64,000 nucleotides of DNA, taken from Bdellovibrionota bacterium. Its GTDB lineage: Bacteria; Bdellovibrionota_C; UBA2361; CALJRW01. The notes beneath the pieces are model-generated. The model searched no databases. It had not been told where the DNA came from and saw only the letters and a program-made list of their open reading frames with translations. This document shows positions 29,790 to 40,214 of the stretch, one piece after another (the first letter of the stretch is position 1; each line of letters starts with the position of its first letter). The stretch is from the NCBI GenBank assembly GCA_041740355.1, contig JBGSMD010000002.1:1-64000 (forward strand), in the 5' to 3' direction. The translations under genes and the position numbers were made by a program.

Positions 29790-30983
29790 ATGAAATTTAC
29801 AAATAATTTAATTAACTCACAAAAACCAAGCGCGACATTAGCAATAAAAGCAAAAACATTAGAGCTGAAAGCGAAAGGCTTGGACATTATTGATTTTAGC
29901 ACTGGAGAGCCTGATTTTGATACTCCAGATTTTATTAAAGATGCTGCTAAGCTAGCGTTAGACCAAGGACATACTAAATATACCGCCGTTCCCGGAATCC
30001 CAAGTCTTCGAAAAAGACTTGCCGAAAAATTCAGCACTGAAAATAAAATTAAAGCTGATGCTGAAAGTGTTATAGTTACAAATGGTGGAAAACAAGCAAT
30101 TCATAATTTTTTAGAAGTAGTACTTGAGCCAGGTGACGAAGTTATTATTCCGGCCCCTTACTGGGTCAGCTATCCAGCCGAAGTTGCTTTAGCCGGTGGA
30201 GTACCAGTAATTTGCACAAGTAACCCAGCAAATAATTATAAATTAACTCCTGCAGAACTTGAGAGTTACATTACTCCTAAAACTAAAGTTTTGATTCTTA
30301 ATAGTCCTTCTAATCCAACGGGAGCAGGTTACACAAGCGAAGACTTCCAAGGTCTAGCTGAAGTCTTAAAGAAGCATGAAATTATTGTGATGTCAGACGA
30401 AGTTTATGAGAAAATTACATATCAGGATTTCAAGTTCGTTTCTTTTTCCGAAGCGGTTCCCGAACTTGCAGATCGAACAGTTACGATTAATGCCTTCTCC
30501 AAAGCATATTCAATGACAGGTTGGAGAGTCGGTTATGCTACAGGACCGCAGCAAATTATTTCGGCAATGTCTAAATTTCAAAGTCAGACTACTTCAAATG
30601 TTTGTTCATTTGCTCAACATGCGGCACTTGCCGCGTTAAATGGCCCTCAAGATTTTATTCCTAAAATGAATCAAGTTTTTTGGAACCGTCTACAATCAGC
30701 GGTTAAAGTAATTGAAGAAACTCCTGGCTTAAGCCTAGCAGGAATACCAGAGGGTGCTTTCTATTTGTTCATAAGAATTGATCAGTTTTTTAATAAAAGC
30801 GCTACTATTAAAAACTCTACAGATTTTTGTAATTTCTTGTTAGAATCAGCCCTAGTTTCTGCGGTTCCTGGGATAGAATTTGGTGATGATGGGGCATTTA
30901 GAATTAGTATTGCAGTTTCTGACCAAGAACTAGCAAGTGGAATGGATCGAATCTCCAAAGCCTGCCATCAGGCTTTAAAATAA
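29790..30983 (+). CDS. aspC: Aspartate aminotransferase (class I/II PLP)
   Basis: GEPDF, NGGKQA, PYWVSY, NSPSNPTG, SDEVY, SKAYSMTGWRVG. Confidence 0.9.
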   Translation: MKFTNNLINSQKPSATLAIKAKTLELKAKGLDIIDFSTGEPDFDTPDFIKDAAKLALDQGHTKYTAVPGIPSLRKRLAEKFSTENKIKADAESVIVTNGGKQAIHNFLEVVLEPGDEVIIPAPYWVSYPAEVALAGGVPVICTSNPANNYKLTPAELESYITPKTKVLILNSPSNPTGAGYTSEDFQGLAEVLKKHEIIVMSDEVYEKITYQDFKFVSFSEAVPELADRTVTINAFSKAYSMTGWRVGYATGPQQIISAMSKFQSQTTSNVCSFAQHAALAALNGPQDFIPKMNQVFWNRLQSAVKVIEETPGLSLAGIPEGAFYLFIRIDQFFNKSATIKNSTDFCNFLLESALVSAVPGIEFGDDGAFRISIAVSDQELASGMDRISKACHQALK

Positions 30984-31215
30984 TCAAAGTCAGAATTTAA
31001 TTAATATTTAAGTTATCTCTGGTATTTTAACCTTAACTAGGGGATTTTTGCTTAAATTTCAATTACTTGCTATATTATCGCGCAGTTATATATAGAGCCA
31101 AAAATTATCTTCCTTATATTCAGGGGAATACTTGTAGGTCACTATTAACATCACCTTTAGCTATTTAAATTTATAAGCTACTTGCGATTAACTATAAATT
31201 TTTACTTATAATATC

Positions 31216-31623
31216 ATGGAAAAAACACTCTCAATCATTAAACCAGATGCAGTTCAAAAAAACGTTATTGGCAAAATCTTAAGTCGCTTTGAAGATAAGG
31301 GCCTCAAAATTGTAGCAATTGAATTAATGCAACTAAGCGAAGCTCAAGCTCAAGAATTCTATGCTGTCCATAAAGAAAGACCATTCTTTGGTGAATTATG
31401 CGATTACATGGTTACTGGACCTGTTGTTGTCTCAGTACTTGAAGGACCAAATGCAGTTTCGATCAATCGTGATCTGATGGGTGCTACAAATCCTAAAGAT
31501 GCTGCTCCCGGAACAATTAGAGCTGATTTTGCTGATAGTATCAGTGCTAATGCTGTTCATGGTTCTGATAGCCTTGAAAATGCCAAGAATGAAATTAGTT
31601 TCTTTTTTCCAGAATTAGCTTAG
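31216..31623 (+). CDS. ndk: Nucleoside diphosphate kinase
   Basis: IIKPDA, GTIRADF, NAVHGSD. Confidence 0.97.
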   Translation: MEKTLSIIKPDAVQKNVIGKILSRFEDKGLKIVAIELMQLSEAQAQEFYAVHKERPFFGELCDYMVTGPVVVSVLEGPNAVSINRDLMGATNPKDAAPGTIRADFADSISANAVHGSDSLENAKNEISFFFPELA

Positions 31624-31634
31624 TAATTAACATC

Positions 31635-31678
31635 AAACCCTCATTTATTATTTGAAAAAAATATTTGAGGGTTTTTTT
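31635..31678 (+). terminator. Intrinsic terminator after ndk
   Basis: AAACCCTCA...TGAGGGTTT stem followed by a T run. Confidence 0.65.
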
Positions 31679-31691
31679 ATAGTGCCAACAA

Positions 31692-32807
31692 ATGACGGAC
31701 TCTGTAAATTTCTTCGATCTTAGTCGCAAAGATCTCGCTGACTATTTGTCGGAGAAGTTTTCTTTGCCAGCATTTAGAGCCAATCAACTTTTTGATTGGG
31801 TCTATAAAAAAAATGTCTGGGATATCTCCCAGATGAGCAATCTTTCCGAAGTGCTTCGCGATCAACTTGCAGGTCATTTTACTTTTCCAGAAGCAGAAAT
31901 TAAAGATCGTCAAATCAGCAATGACGGCACCAGAAAATATCTTTTTCAAGTGCCAAGTGGAAGAACAATTGAAACAGTTCTGATTAAACAACCAAAACGT
32001 CAAACTATCTGTGTCTCTTCTCAATATGGTTGTGGAATGGGATGTAAATTTTGCCGAACAGGCACTATGGGTTTTATTGCGAACTTAAAACCATCAGATA
32101 TAGTTGCACAAGTTTTAGGAATCCTAAAAGACGCCAAAGAGTTTGGGGATGGATTTCAAAATATTGTTTTTATGGGAATGGGAGAACCACTTCATAATTA
32201 TAAAACAATCATTACAACTGTTAGAATCTTAACAGACCCTAAGGGTCTAGCAATTTCTCCCAGAAGGATTACCGTATCAACTGTTGGTCTAGTACCGGCA
32301 ATTGAAAAATTTGCCGAAGCTGACTTAGGAGTGAACTTAGCAATCTCTTTAAATGCGACAGACGATGCAACCAGAACAGAGATTATGCCAACAAATAAAG
32401 CCTTTCCGATCGATACCTTACTTGGAACTCTTAAAAAATATCCACTAGCCGGCAGAAAAAAACTAACGATTGAATATGTGATGTTGGCTGGAGTTAATGA
32501 TCGAGATGAAGATTTGAAGCGTCTTCCAAGATTATTAAAAGATATTAAGTGTAAAGTAAATTTGATTCCCTACAACGAAAACGCCGGATTGGGATTTAAG
32601 TCACCTTCGGAGGAAAAGGTCTATCGCTGGTTTAAGGTTTTAAATGAACAATTTATTTTTACTAGTGTGAGATGGTCGAAAGGAAAAGACATTAATGCAG
32701 CATGCGGCCAGTTGGTCACAGAAAAATTTGCATTAAACGAAACAAGTATAAAAAACAATTTACAACAAGCTGAGAATAAAAACTCTAAGCTTGCTGTTAT
32801 TCAATAA
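31692..32807 (+). CDS. rlmN: 23S rRNA/tRNA m2A methyltransferase RlmN
   Basis: CVSSQYGCGMGCKFC, FMGMGEP, NLIPYN, DINAACGQL. Confidence 0.95.
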   Translation: MTDSVNFFDLSRKDLADYLSEKFSLPAFRANQLFDWVYKKNVWDISQMSNLSEVLRDQLAGHFTFPEAEIKDRQISNDGTRKYLFQVPSGRTIETVLIKQPKRQTICVSSQYGCGMGCKFCRTGTMGFIANLKPSDIVAQVLGILKDAKEFGDGFQNIVFMGMGEPLHNYKTIITTVRILTDPKGLAISPRRITVSTVGLVPAIEKFAEADLGVNLAISLNATDDATRTEIMPTNKAFPIDTLLGTLKKYPLAGRKKLTIEYVMLAGVNDRDEDLKRLPRLLKDIKCKVNLIPYNENAGLGFKSPSEEKVYRWFKVLNEQFIFTSVRWSKGKDINAACGQLVTEKFALNETSIKNNLQQAENKNSKLAVIQ

Positions 32808-33101
32808 CTATTCTTTAGCTTCTTCAGCAGGTGCTGATTCAACTTTCTCAACAGTTATCATTGATTTTAAACCACAAGTTACACGCACCGCATGTAAACC
32901 TTTTGGACCTTGCTCCATTTCGTAACAAACATCATCACCATCTTTAAGAGTCTTAAAGCCTTCGCTTTCAATAACTGAATAATGAACAAAGACGTCAGAA
33001 CCATCAGTGTGTTCTATAAAACCGAAACCTTTAGAATTATTAAACCACTTTACCTTACCTGCGTAAGTTTCTGATGATGAATCAGTTGAAGAACTAGACA
33101 T
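32808..33101 (-). CDS. Cold-shock domain protein (CspD-like, with acidic tail)
   Basis: [27 protein letters not shown]. Confidence 0.9.
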   Translation of the reverse strand: MSSSSTDSSSETYAGKVKWFNNSKGFGFIEHTDGSDVFVHYSVIESEGFKTLKDGDDVCYEMEQGPKGLHAVRVTCGLKSMITVEKVESAPAEEAKE

Positions 33102-33320
33102 AACTTAATCAATTAAATAAACAACATCAGTAATTTATCCAAAATATATCCCTTTGTCTACAATAAATTAACATCAGACAGATGGAGTAACTTTGAACCC
33201 TCAAATATGGCTTAATCACAAATCATAGAATCTACCCCTAAAGACATCGGTCAATACTAAAACCCACTTAATATTAATGAGCATACTGGAAAAAATGCCT
33301 TCTTTTTAGTCTTTAGCTAT

Positions 33321-33466
33321 TATAGTGATGACAAAAAATAAATTACGTAAAAGTTAAAGAGAACAATTTTTTTTTGTCATAACTATATGATTTTATTATC
33401 CCTCCGGGGGATAGAAAGCTCCAAAAAGTAATTTCCTTACGTAAATTACTTTTTGGACTTTCTATA
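33321..33466 (+). mobile_element. MITE-like repeat family A, copy 3
   Basis: Same TATAG...CTATA element as 21841-21987; differences concentrated in the loop of hairpin 1 (about 33353-33368). Confidence 0.85.
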
Positions 33467-33723
33467 ATTTACATTTCATCAAAGTAGATTTTATTATAAT
33501 TGCATTAGCCACTATTTAGCCTAAAAAATAGGGATTATTAAGTGATCTGACACTTGAGTGCTTAGCTGCAGATTCAATAAGCTTGTGCTTGCTGGCCTTG
33601 GTGACTATCTTATAAGAATTAATTTTTTTGCTACTTTTTTGGAAATTCGTCTTAATCTCTGAATTTATTTTGATCACTTACCATCTTGCCCGATTTAAAA
33701 CCTAATTTTATGTTATATTTATA

Positions 33724-35193
33724 ATGTATACAGATCTTTCCCTAAAAATATTAGACCATTTGCCATATTCTTTACTGGTAATTGATCAAAAGTTTACTCC
33801 TCTTTACTGCAACTTAGCCTTTCTAGATTTAATTGAGCAGTCAGAGCAAGCCAATGCCTTTAAATTAACCAGTATTTTTAATGATTTAAATAGTTTAATT
33901 GCCGACCAAGGCCCTCGCTTCTCAAGAATTAATACTGTTAATAACAAGTCGATTAATGTTTATATCTCAATTTCATTGCTGGATGAAAATGTTTATCTTG
34001 TTGAATTGTCTAGGCTCTCTTCGAGTGCTCATGATTATCAAGGCAAAAGATTAGAAACTCTGGGTCTTTTAGCCAGTTCAATTGTCCATGATTTTAATAA
34101 TTTTCTAGCTGGGATTATTGGTCACGTGGCTTTCTTAAAAAGTATTTTGCCCAAAGAGGGTCGTCACTTGGCTTCGATTGAATCAATTGAACAGGGAAGT
34201 ATGAATGCTTCGGAAATCACTAAAGAGATCTTACGCTTCTCCAAGCAAAGAGATTCCGCGGAAAGTCAAAATATTGAACTGAATAATTTAATTCAGCGAA
34301 CGATTAAGATTTTATTAGCATCAATTAATCCCAAAATTAAAGTTGAATTTGTATCTTCCGTTCAAGATGTGCGAGTGAAATGTGTTGATGTAAGAATTAC
34401 TCAAATCTTAGTGAACCTGATTGTAAATGCCCAAGATGCAATTTTAGAGTCAAATTGCACTGTTCAAAAAATATTAGTGACTCTTGATGTCGTGGAAGAT
34501 CCTGTTGTTAAGCTAAAACTAAGTAATAATACTCTTCACCAAGGTCGTTATGCTTGTCTGACAGTTAAAGACTATGGCTCTGGTATTCCCAATGAGTTAC
34601 AAGAAAAAATCTTTCAGCCATATTTTTCCACTAAAGGTGAAAAGGGAACGGGTCTTGGATTGACAACGGTCGCATCTATTGTCTATGAACTTAAGGGCCT
34701 TATTGATATTTCTTCGGAAACTGGAAAGGGCACGGAAATTCGAATTCTACTTCCGATCTCTGATTCTAATGTTGAAATAACTAAAGAATCCTTACAACAG
34801 GAATCTGCAGGTCAAATTATTCAGAAAAATGAACGCATTTTAGTCGTCGATGACGAGGATGTTGTTCGTAATGTATTAGGACTGAATCTGGAACAATTAG
34901 GTTATAATGTTCAATTAGAAGGCTCGGCTTTAAAAGCCATCGACTATTATAAAAATCAAAGAAATGATATAAGTTTGGTTATCTTGGACATGTTAATGCC
35001 AGAGCTTTCGGGAGAGGAAGTTTTTGAAATTATTCGGGAAATCAATCCAAAACAAAAGATTTTAATAGTTAGTGGGTTTTGTTCTGACGATTTAATTGAA
35101 ATGATGTTGGAATCTAAGAATTGTGATTTCTTAGCTAAGCCATTTATGATTGAAGAGCTTAGTTTAAAAATAAATAGCTTAATGCTCTCATAA
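33724..35193 (+). CDS. Cytoplasmic PAS-like hybrid histidine kinase (CckA-like HisKA-HATPase-REC)
   Basis: HDFNNFL H-box, NLIVNAQDA, DYGSGI, GTGLGL, VVDDE...ILDMLMP...KPF receiver. Confidence 0.9.
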   Translation: MYTDLSLKILDHLPYSLLVIDQKFTPLYCNLAFLDLIEQSEQANAFKLTSIFNDLNSLIADQGPRFSRINTVNNKSINVYISISLLDENVYLVELSRLSSSAHDYQGKRLETLGLLASSIVHDFNNFLAGIIGHVAFLKSILPKEGRHLASIESIEQGSMNASEITKEILRFSKQRDSAESQNIELNNLIQRTIKILLASINPKIKVEFVSSVQDVRVKCVDVRITQILVNLIVNAQDAILESNCTVQKILVTLDVVEDPVVKLKLSNNTLHQGRYACLTVKDYGSGIPNELQEKIFQPYFSTKGEKGTGLGLTTVASIVYELKGLIDISSETGKGTEIRILLPISDSNVEITKESLQQESAGQIIQKNERILVVDDEDVVRNVLGLNLEQLGYNVQLEGSALKAIDYYKNQRNDISLVILDMLMPELSGEEVFEIIREINPKQKILIVSGFCSDDLIEMMLESKNCDFLAKPFMIEELSLKINSLMLS

Positions 35194-35240
35194 AATTAAG
35201 AACAATATTTTTTCCTCAAGTTTGTAATAATAATTCAACA

Positions 35241-35990
35241 ATGAATAATACAGTCCTTACAGTTGATAACTTATCCAAGTTTTTTGGGATTAATCATGTT
35301 TTAAAAAATATTTCATTTGACATTGAGGAAGGTCAAGTGATTGGTTTGCTAGGGCCTAGTGGTGGCGGTAAAAGTGTATTATTAAAAATCTTAGCGCAGG
35401 TTCTTGCTCCCGATCATGGTCAAGTCATTTTAAAAGATATGACGGTTGATGACGTGGGACTAATGTTTCAAGAAGGAGCTCTTTTTGATTCACTGACAGT
35501 TTTTGACAATGTCGCCTTTCCTTTAGTTGACGGTCGAGTTCCCTCGACGTCCTTAAGTCTAAAAGTTCAAGAAGAAATTGCTCCAAAAGTAATGAGTATC
35601 CTTAAGCGTGTTGGGCTAGGCGTTGCTTTTAATAAGTATCCAGCTCAACTCTCGGGTGGTATGAAGCGGCGGGCATCTTTAGCTAGAACTTTAATTGCTA
35701 ATCCAAAACTACTTTTACTAGACGATCCAACTTCCGGATTAGATCCTATTGCTAGCAGGGTGATTATGGAATTAATTACAGAAATTCAACGCGAGACCAA
35801 AGCAACTACAGTGATTGTTAGTCAGGACTTACGTCGCCTGATACCATATGTTGATAAAGTACTCGCTTTATTTGACGGTGAAATTGCTTACTATGGAAAG
35901 GTAACGCCAGATTTATTATCAGAAACACCGAATGTCGCCAATTTCATAAATTGTCGTTATGACTTATTAGAACAAGTTGCAGGTGTCTAA
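35241..35990 (+). CDS. MlaF/Mkl-like ABC ATP-binding protein with atypical catalytic motifs
   Basis: GPSGGGKS, FQEGALFDSLTVFDNVAFP, LSGGMKRR; Walker B LLLDDP and H-loop VSQD. Confidence 0.85.
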   Translation: MNNTVLTVDNLSKFFGINHVLKNISFDIEEGQVIGLLGPSGGGKSVLLKILAQVLAPDHGQVILKDMTVDDVGLMFQEGALFDSLTVFDNVAFPLVDGRVPSTSLSLKVQEEIAPKVMSILKRVGLGVAFNKYPAQLSGGMKRRASLARTLIANPKLLLLDDPTSGLDPIASRVIMELITEIQRETKATTVIVSQDLRRLIPYVDKVLALFDGEIAYYGKVTPDLLSETPNVANFINCRYDLLEQVAGV

Positions 35991-36039
35991 GTAAAAAAAG
36001 CAAATTTTTGCCGAGCGCCTACTAGAAAGGAAAATATAA

Positions 36040-36828
36040 ATGAATTTTTTTGAAAAAATAAAAGCGGAGAGAGAAGAATTTCTTTCTGGAATTGGATTAC
36101 CAGAACAATCGGTTTTTAAGCCCGATAAATTTCAGCTAGATGCCATTGAAAGCGCGGTTTCCGGCACAGATACTTTAGTTGTAGCTCCAACAGGTTCTGG
36201 AAAAACTTATATAGCACTACAAGCTATTGCAGCAACCTTAGCTCTTGGTTGCAGAGCTGTTTATACCACACCCCTTAAAGCATTATCCAATAGCAAATAT
36301 AATGATTTGAAAACTCGTTTTGAACCACAATATAAAGTGGGAATCTTAACTGGGGATCGCAAAATTGATACTGATGCCAGTGCCGTAATTGCTACGACTG
36401 AAATTTACCGCAATGAATTATACAACGGTGATAGTAATTACTCTTTAGTTGTGCTGGATGAAGTTCATTATATCGCTGACGCACAAAGGGGCGCAGTTTG
36501 GGAGGAAGCTATTCTACTTACTCCAAGGGATAGTACCTTACTGATGCTTTCCGCATCAATTTCAAATCATCAAGAGATCGCTGCTTGGCTAAAAAGCGTT
36601 CGTGGTCGAGAGTGCCGTGTTGTTATTGCCACAGAACGTCCGGTTGCTCTAAGACTTGGTTTTCTTCATCCCGAGTATGGAATTATTCCACTTCGTGATA
36701 AACAACAAAATGTTCATAAAATTGTGGCCGATTATTATGGAACTTCCAAATTAGATTCTAAAGGCATGCGCCTTAAGCCAAAGCAAGGTTTTCGTGGTCC
36801 CCGTCGTCAGTCATCGTCTCGTCGTTAA
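36040..36828 (+). CDS. Ski2/HelY-like SF2 helicase, N-terminal RecA1 half
   Basis: APTGSGKT, PLKALSN, LTGD, TTEIYRN, DEVH, SAS, ERPVAL. Confidence 0.88.
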   Translation: MNFFEKIKAEREEFLSGIGLPEQSVFKPDKFQLDAIESAVSGTDTLVVAPTGSGKTYIALQAIAATLALGCRAVYTTPLKALSNSKYNDLKTRFEPQYKVGILTGDRKIDTDASAVIATTEIYRNELYNGDSNYSLVVLDEVHYIADAQRGAVWEEAILLTPRDSTLLMLSASISNHQEIAAWLKSVRGRECRVVIATERPVALRLGFLHPEYGIIPLRDKQQNVHKIVADYYGTSKLDSKGMRLKPKQGFRGPRRQSSSRR

Positions 36829-36848
36829 TTTAGGTTCAACAAATAAAT

Positions 36849-38258
36849 ATGTATACAGATTACCCAGTAAGTAAAATCCTAAGACAACTCGACCGAGATA
36901 ATTTATTACCAGCAATTATCTTTCGCTCGGCACGTAAACAGTGCGATCAAGACTTAACTCAATTAACAAAAAAGAGTTACCTTCAAATAAAACCTGAACA
37001 TCAAAGAGATATTGAAAATCGGATTGAAGAACTTGTTGTTAAGTACTCTTGGGACTTCGAAATCTTAAAAAACCATGATCAGTACAAAACTTTAATTCAC
37101 TTCGCTGCAGGTGCTCACCATGCTGGTCAACTCTTAACATGGCGTTTGCTATTAGAAGAGTTAATGACCTCAGGCTTGCTCCGAATGTTAATAGCGACTG
37201 GAACTGTAGCAGCTGGAGTTGATTTTCCAGCACGTACCGTGGTTGTTACAGCCCATAGTAAGCGTGGACATTTAGGATTTAACACCTTGGCTTCATCTGA
37301 ATTTCAACAGATGTCCGGACGTGCTGGGCGCCGTGGTAAAGATGCTGTCGGATTTTGTTTAGTAGCACCGAATCCCTACGCTGATGCTCGTGTAATTTCT
37401 GAGGTCGATAAGTCACCTCCAGAACCACTGCGCTCAGCTTATTTTGCATCACCTTCTAGTATTCTTAATCTTCTAAAATATCGTTCAATTGAAGATTTGA
37501 AATTTATAGTTAAAAATTCATTAGGTGGATTTGTAGATCAAACTGAAGCAAAGAAAATTATTGAAGAAGCTGATAAAGAAGAGCTAAAGCTCGTTGGTCT
37601 TCCCGAAAACGATGCTAATCATAAACGAATTGTAAAAAAAGTACGCCGATTAAAAAGAAATGCCGAAGAGCTGATCAATAAGCAAATGACTGAGTTAGAA
37701 ATAACTTTGTTAGCACTCAAGAATTTAGGCCACTTAGATCAAAATGGATCATTAACTGAAAAGGGGACATGGACCGCTGAGTTATGCACAAGTATTGTGT
37801 TAGAGCTGGCTGAGTTTACTGAAGACTTTTTGTTAAGCGATTGTTCAACTTTGGAATTAGTTGGAATTATTGCTTCCATCGCTGGCGATGCCCATCGATC
37901 ATATTTAAGAATTAAAAACACTGTAGTTAAAAAGGAAAAGCTAGAGGCTTTAGCAAAACGAGTTCAGTTGGTTAAAGATCTTTATCAAGTTAAAAATTTT
38001 GAACGTGAAATTGAAGTCTTGCCTGATGCCGCATCTACTGTTGAGACTTGGGTTCAAGCCAGCAGTTGGGCAGAATTTTCTTCGCTATTAAAACTTTCCG
38101 GAGTGACAGAAGGGGATGCTGCAAGATTGATTACGCAAACAGCAGATCATTTACAGCAGTTATCAAGACTGGGTGCCACGCATTATGAGTTGGCACAACA
38201 AGCAAAAGAAGCGCGTGATCTTCTGCTAAGACCCCCCTTGTCTGAAGTAATCTTATAA
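36849..38258 (+). CDS. Ski2/HelY-like SF2 helicase, C-terminal half (RecA2 plus helical domains)
   Basis: LLPAIIFRSARKQCD, HHAG, ATGTVAAGVDFPAR, QMSGRAGRRG; C-terminal EGD.AR...T.D.L.Q resembles DSHCT. Confidence 0.88.
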   Translation: MYTDYPVSKILRQLDRDNLLPAIIFRSARKQCDQDLTQLTKKSYLQIKPEHQRDIENRIEELVVKYSWDFEILKNHDQYKTLIHFAAGAHHAGQLLTWRLLLEELMTSGLLRMLIATGTVAAGVDFPARTVVVTAHSKRGHLGFNTLASSEFQQMSGRAGRRGKDAVGFCLVAPNPYADARVISEVDKSPPEPLRSAYFASPSSILNLLKYRSIEDLKFIVKNSLGGFVDQTEAKKIIEEADKEELKLVGLPENDANHKRIVKKVRRLKRNAEELINKQMTELEITLLALKNLGHLDQNGSLTEKGTWTAELCTSIVLELAEFTEDFLLSDCSTLELVGIIASIAGDAHRSYLRIKNTVVKKEKLEALAKRVQLVKDLYQVKNFEREIEVLPDAASTVETWVQASSWAEFSSLLKLSGVTEGDAARLITQTADHLQQLSRLGATHYELAQQAKEARDLLLRPPLSEVIL

Positions 38259-38379
38259 TTTATTATCCGTTCACGGGGTTAATGTAATGATTTGCGGAAG
38301 TACTTTACAACGAAATGATCGAGGTATTCCGTTGGTCAAAATCTGCATGTCACGTCATAGCGTAGTGTGCGACGGCGAA

Positions 38380-38424
38380 TTGTCCCTCCTCCTTCGCTAA
38401 AGCTTCGGATGACAAGCAACCTCA
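38380..38424 (+). repeat. REP-like palindrome (family C)
   Basis: TTGTC-CCTCCTCCTTCGCTAAAGCTTCGGAT-GACAA hairpin; related copy at 41308-41336. Confidence 0.55.
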
Positions 38425-38476
38425 ATTTACTTCGGAAGCTGCCTCTTTTTGGGGTGTAGTAAACTCGGAAACAATT

Positions 38477-39226
38477 ATGAAAGTATTAGTACCAGTGAAG
38501 AGCGTGCTTGATTATGCCGCTAAAATTAAAGTGAAACCGGATGGATCTGGTATAGAGAAGGACGGTATAAAGCAAATCGTTAATCCTTTTGATGAAATTG
38601 CCGTGGAAGAAGCTTTGCGCTTGAAAACAGCTGGCAAAATTTCAGAAATAACTGTTGTTGGTATTGGCCCAGAAGAAGTCACTACACAATTGCGTTACGC
38701 TATGGCGATGGGGGCTGATCAAGCAATTTTAATTAAAAGCCTTAATGCTGTGGATTCAGATTTAGCAGCTAGAGCTATAACGGAAGTTTTTAAGAAAGGT
38801 TCTTATCAATTAATCTTAATGGGCAAACAGGCAATTGATTCTGATAGTGGGCAAACTCCACAATTACTTGCCGGTTATTTAGAAATCCCACATGCTTCCT
38901 TTGCCTCTAAAGTAGAATTGTCTGCTGACAAAGTAAAAGTTACTAGAGAAGTTGATGGAGGGTTTGAAGTTGTTGAATCAAGTTTGCCAGCAATTGTATC
39001 CACTGACTTAAGACTCAATGAGCCTCGTTACGCACCACTTCCAGGGATTATGAAAGCAAAGACTAAGCCACTAGAGATTATTGAGTTACATTCTTTAGTC
39101 AATGATTTAACTGAAAAAGTAAAAGTAATTAAGTATCATTCTCCGGAAGCTCGCAAGGCTGGTCGTTTAGTCTCTTCTGTCGATGAGCTAATTTCTGCTT
39201 TAAAAAATGAAGCAAAAGTAATTTAA
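38477..39226 (+). CDS. etfB: Electron transfer flavoprotein beta subunit
   Basis: NPFDEIAVEEA, GKQAIDSD, REVDGG, DLRLNEPRY. Confidence 0.95.
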   Translation: MKVLVPVKSVLDYAAKIKVKPDGSGIEKDGIKQIVNPFDEIAVEEALRLKTAGKISEITVVGIGPEEVTTQLRYAMAMGADQAILIKSLNAVDSDLAARAITEVFKKGSYQLILMGKQAIDSDSGQTPQLLAGYLEIPHASFASKVELSADKVKVTREVDGGFEVVESSLPAIVSTDLRLNEPRYAPLPGIMKAKTKPLEIIELHSLVNDLTEKVKVIKYHSPEARKAGRLVSSVDELISALKNEAKVI

Positions 39227-39238
39227 TTTTTAAATTTT

Positions 39239-40204
39239 ATGAGTAAAATATTACTGTTTATTCAACAAGATCAAGGTAAGCTAAATCAAGCTAGTCTGGC
39301 GGCACTAACAGCCGCACAAGAAATTAGTTTTAAGCACGAATCCGCTGAGATTTTAGGTATATGTTTGGGAGCTGGCGCCAAAAATGTCGTAAGTGAAATT
39401 GCAACTTATGGCTTAGCAAATATTTATTACTCTGAAAATTCGATTTTTGATAAGTATATTGCCAGTAATTATGCTAAGGCTTGTGTTCAGATCATGCAAA
39501 AAAATGATTGTAAGTATTTAATTGCTTCAGCAACAACAACTGGTAAAGATTTTCTTCCCCTTGTTGCTGTGAAGCTATCTGCTGGTCAGGCTTCAGATAT
39601 TACTGGGGTTAATCCAGACAAATCATTTAGACGTCCAGTGTATGCGGGAAATGCATTAGCTGATGTGCAAATTACCACAGATAAAAAGATTATTACTGTT
39701 CGGGGTTCCAGTTTTGATCTTGCTAAATCTGTTGGCGGATCTAGCCAGCTGGAAGATTTTTCACCCGATTTTCAACCAAGTACTTCGGTTACGGTTCTGG
39801 AATATCAAATTCCAGAGAATTCGCGTCCCGAGTTAACTGAAGCAAAAATTATTGTTAGTGGTGGACGTGGTGTAGGTACCTCGGCTAACTTTGAAAAACT
39901 AATTTTTCCGCTAGCCGACAAGTTAAATGCTGCCGTCGGAGCCTCTAGAGCAGTTGTTGATGCTGGGGAAGTACCAAATGATTGGCAGGTTGGACAAACA
40001 GGAAAGATTGTTGCTCCCAATCTTTATATAGCTATTGGTTTATCCGGGGCAATTCAACATTTAGCCGGAATGAAAGACTCCAAGGTTATTGTCGCTATTA
40101 ACAAAGATGCTGAAGCACCAATCTTTGAAGTAGCAGATTATGGGATCGTCGGCGATCTTTTTCAGATTGTGCCAGAGTTAACCCAAAAAATAAATTTATT
40201 ATAA
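39239..40204 (+). CDS. etfA: Electron transfer flavoprotein alpha subunit
   Basis: [39 protein letters not shown]. Confidence 0.95.
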   Translation: MSKILLFIQQDQGKLNQASLAALTAAQEISFKHESAEILGICLGAGAKNVVSEIATYGLANIYYSENSIFDKYIASNYAKACVQIMQKNDCKYLIASATTTGKDFLPLVAVKLSAGQASDITGVNPDKSFRRPVYAGNALADVQITTDKKIITVRGSSFDLAKSVGGSSQLEDFSPDFQPSTSVTVLEYQIPENSRPELTEAKIIVSGGRGVGTSANFEKLIFPLADKLNAAVGASRAVVDAGEVPNDWQVGQTGKIVAPNLYIAIGLSGAIQHLAGMKDSKVIVAINKDAEAPIFEVADYGIVGDLFQIVPELTQKINLL

Positions 40205-40214
40205 AAAAATTAAA

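Noticed and set aside
21841-33466. Family A or B repeats as a CRISPR array or integron attC sites
   Set aside because: Copies are dispersed over 10 kb or more, with no repeat-spacer periodicity, no cas or intI gene, and no RYYYAAC/GTTRRRY ends
36826-36849. Programmed frameshift or single sequencing error joining the helicase halves
   Set aside because: Stops in both relevant frames and no slippery sequence
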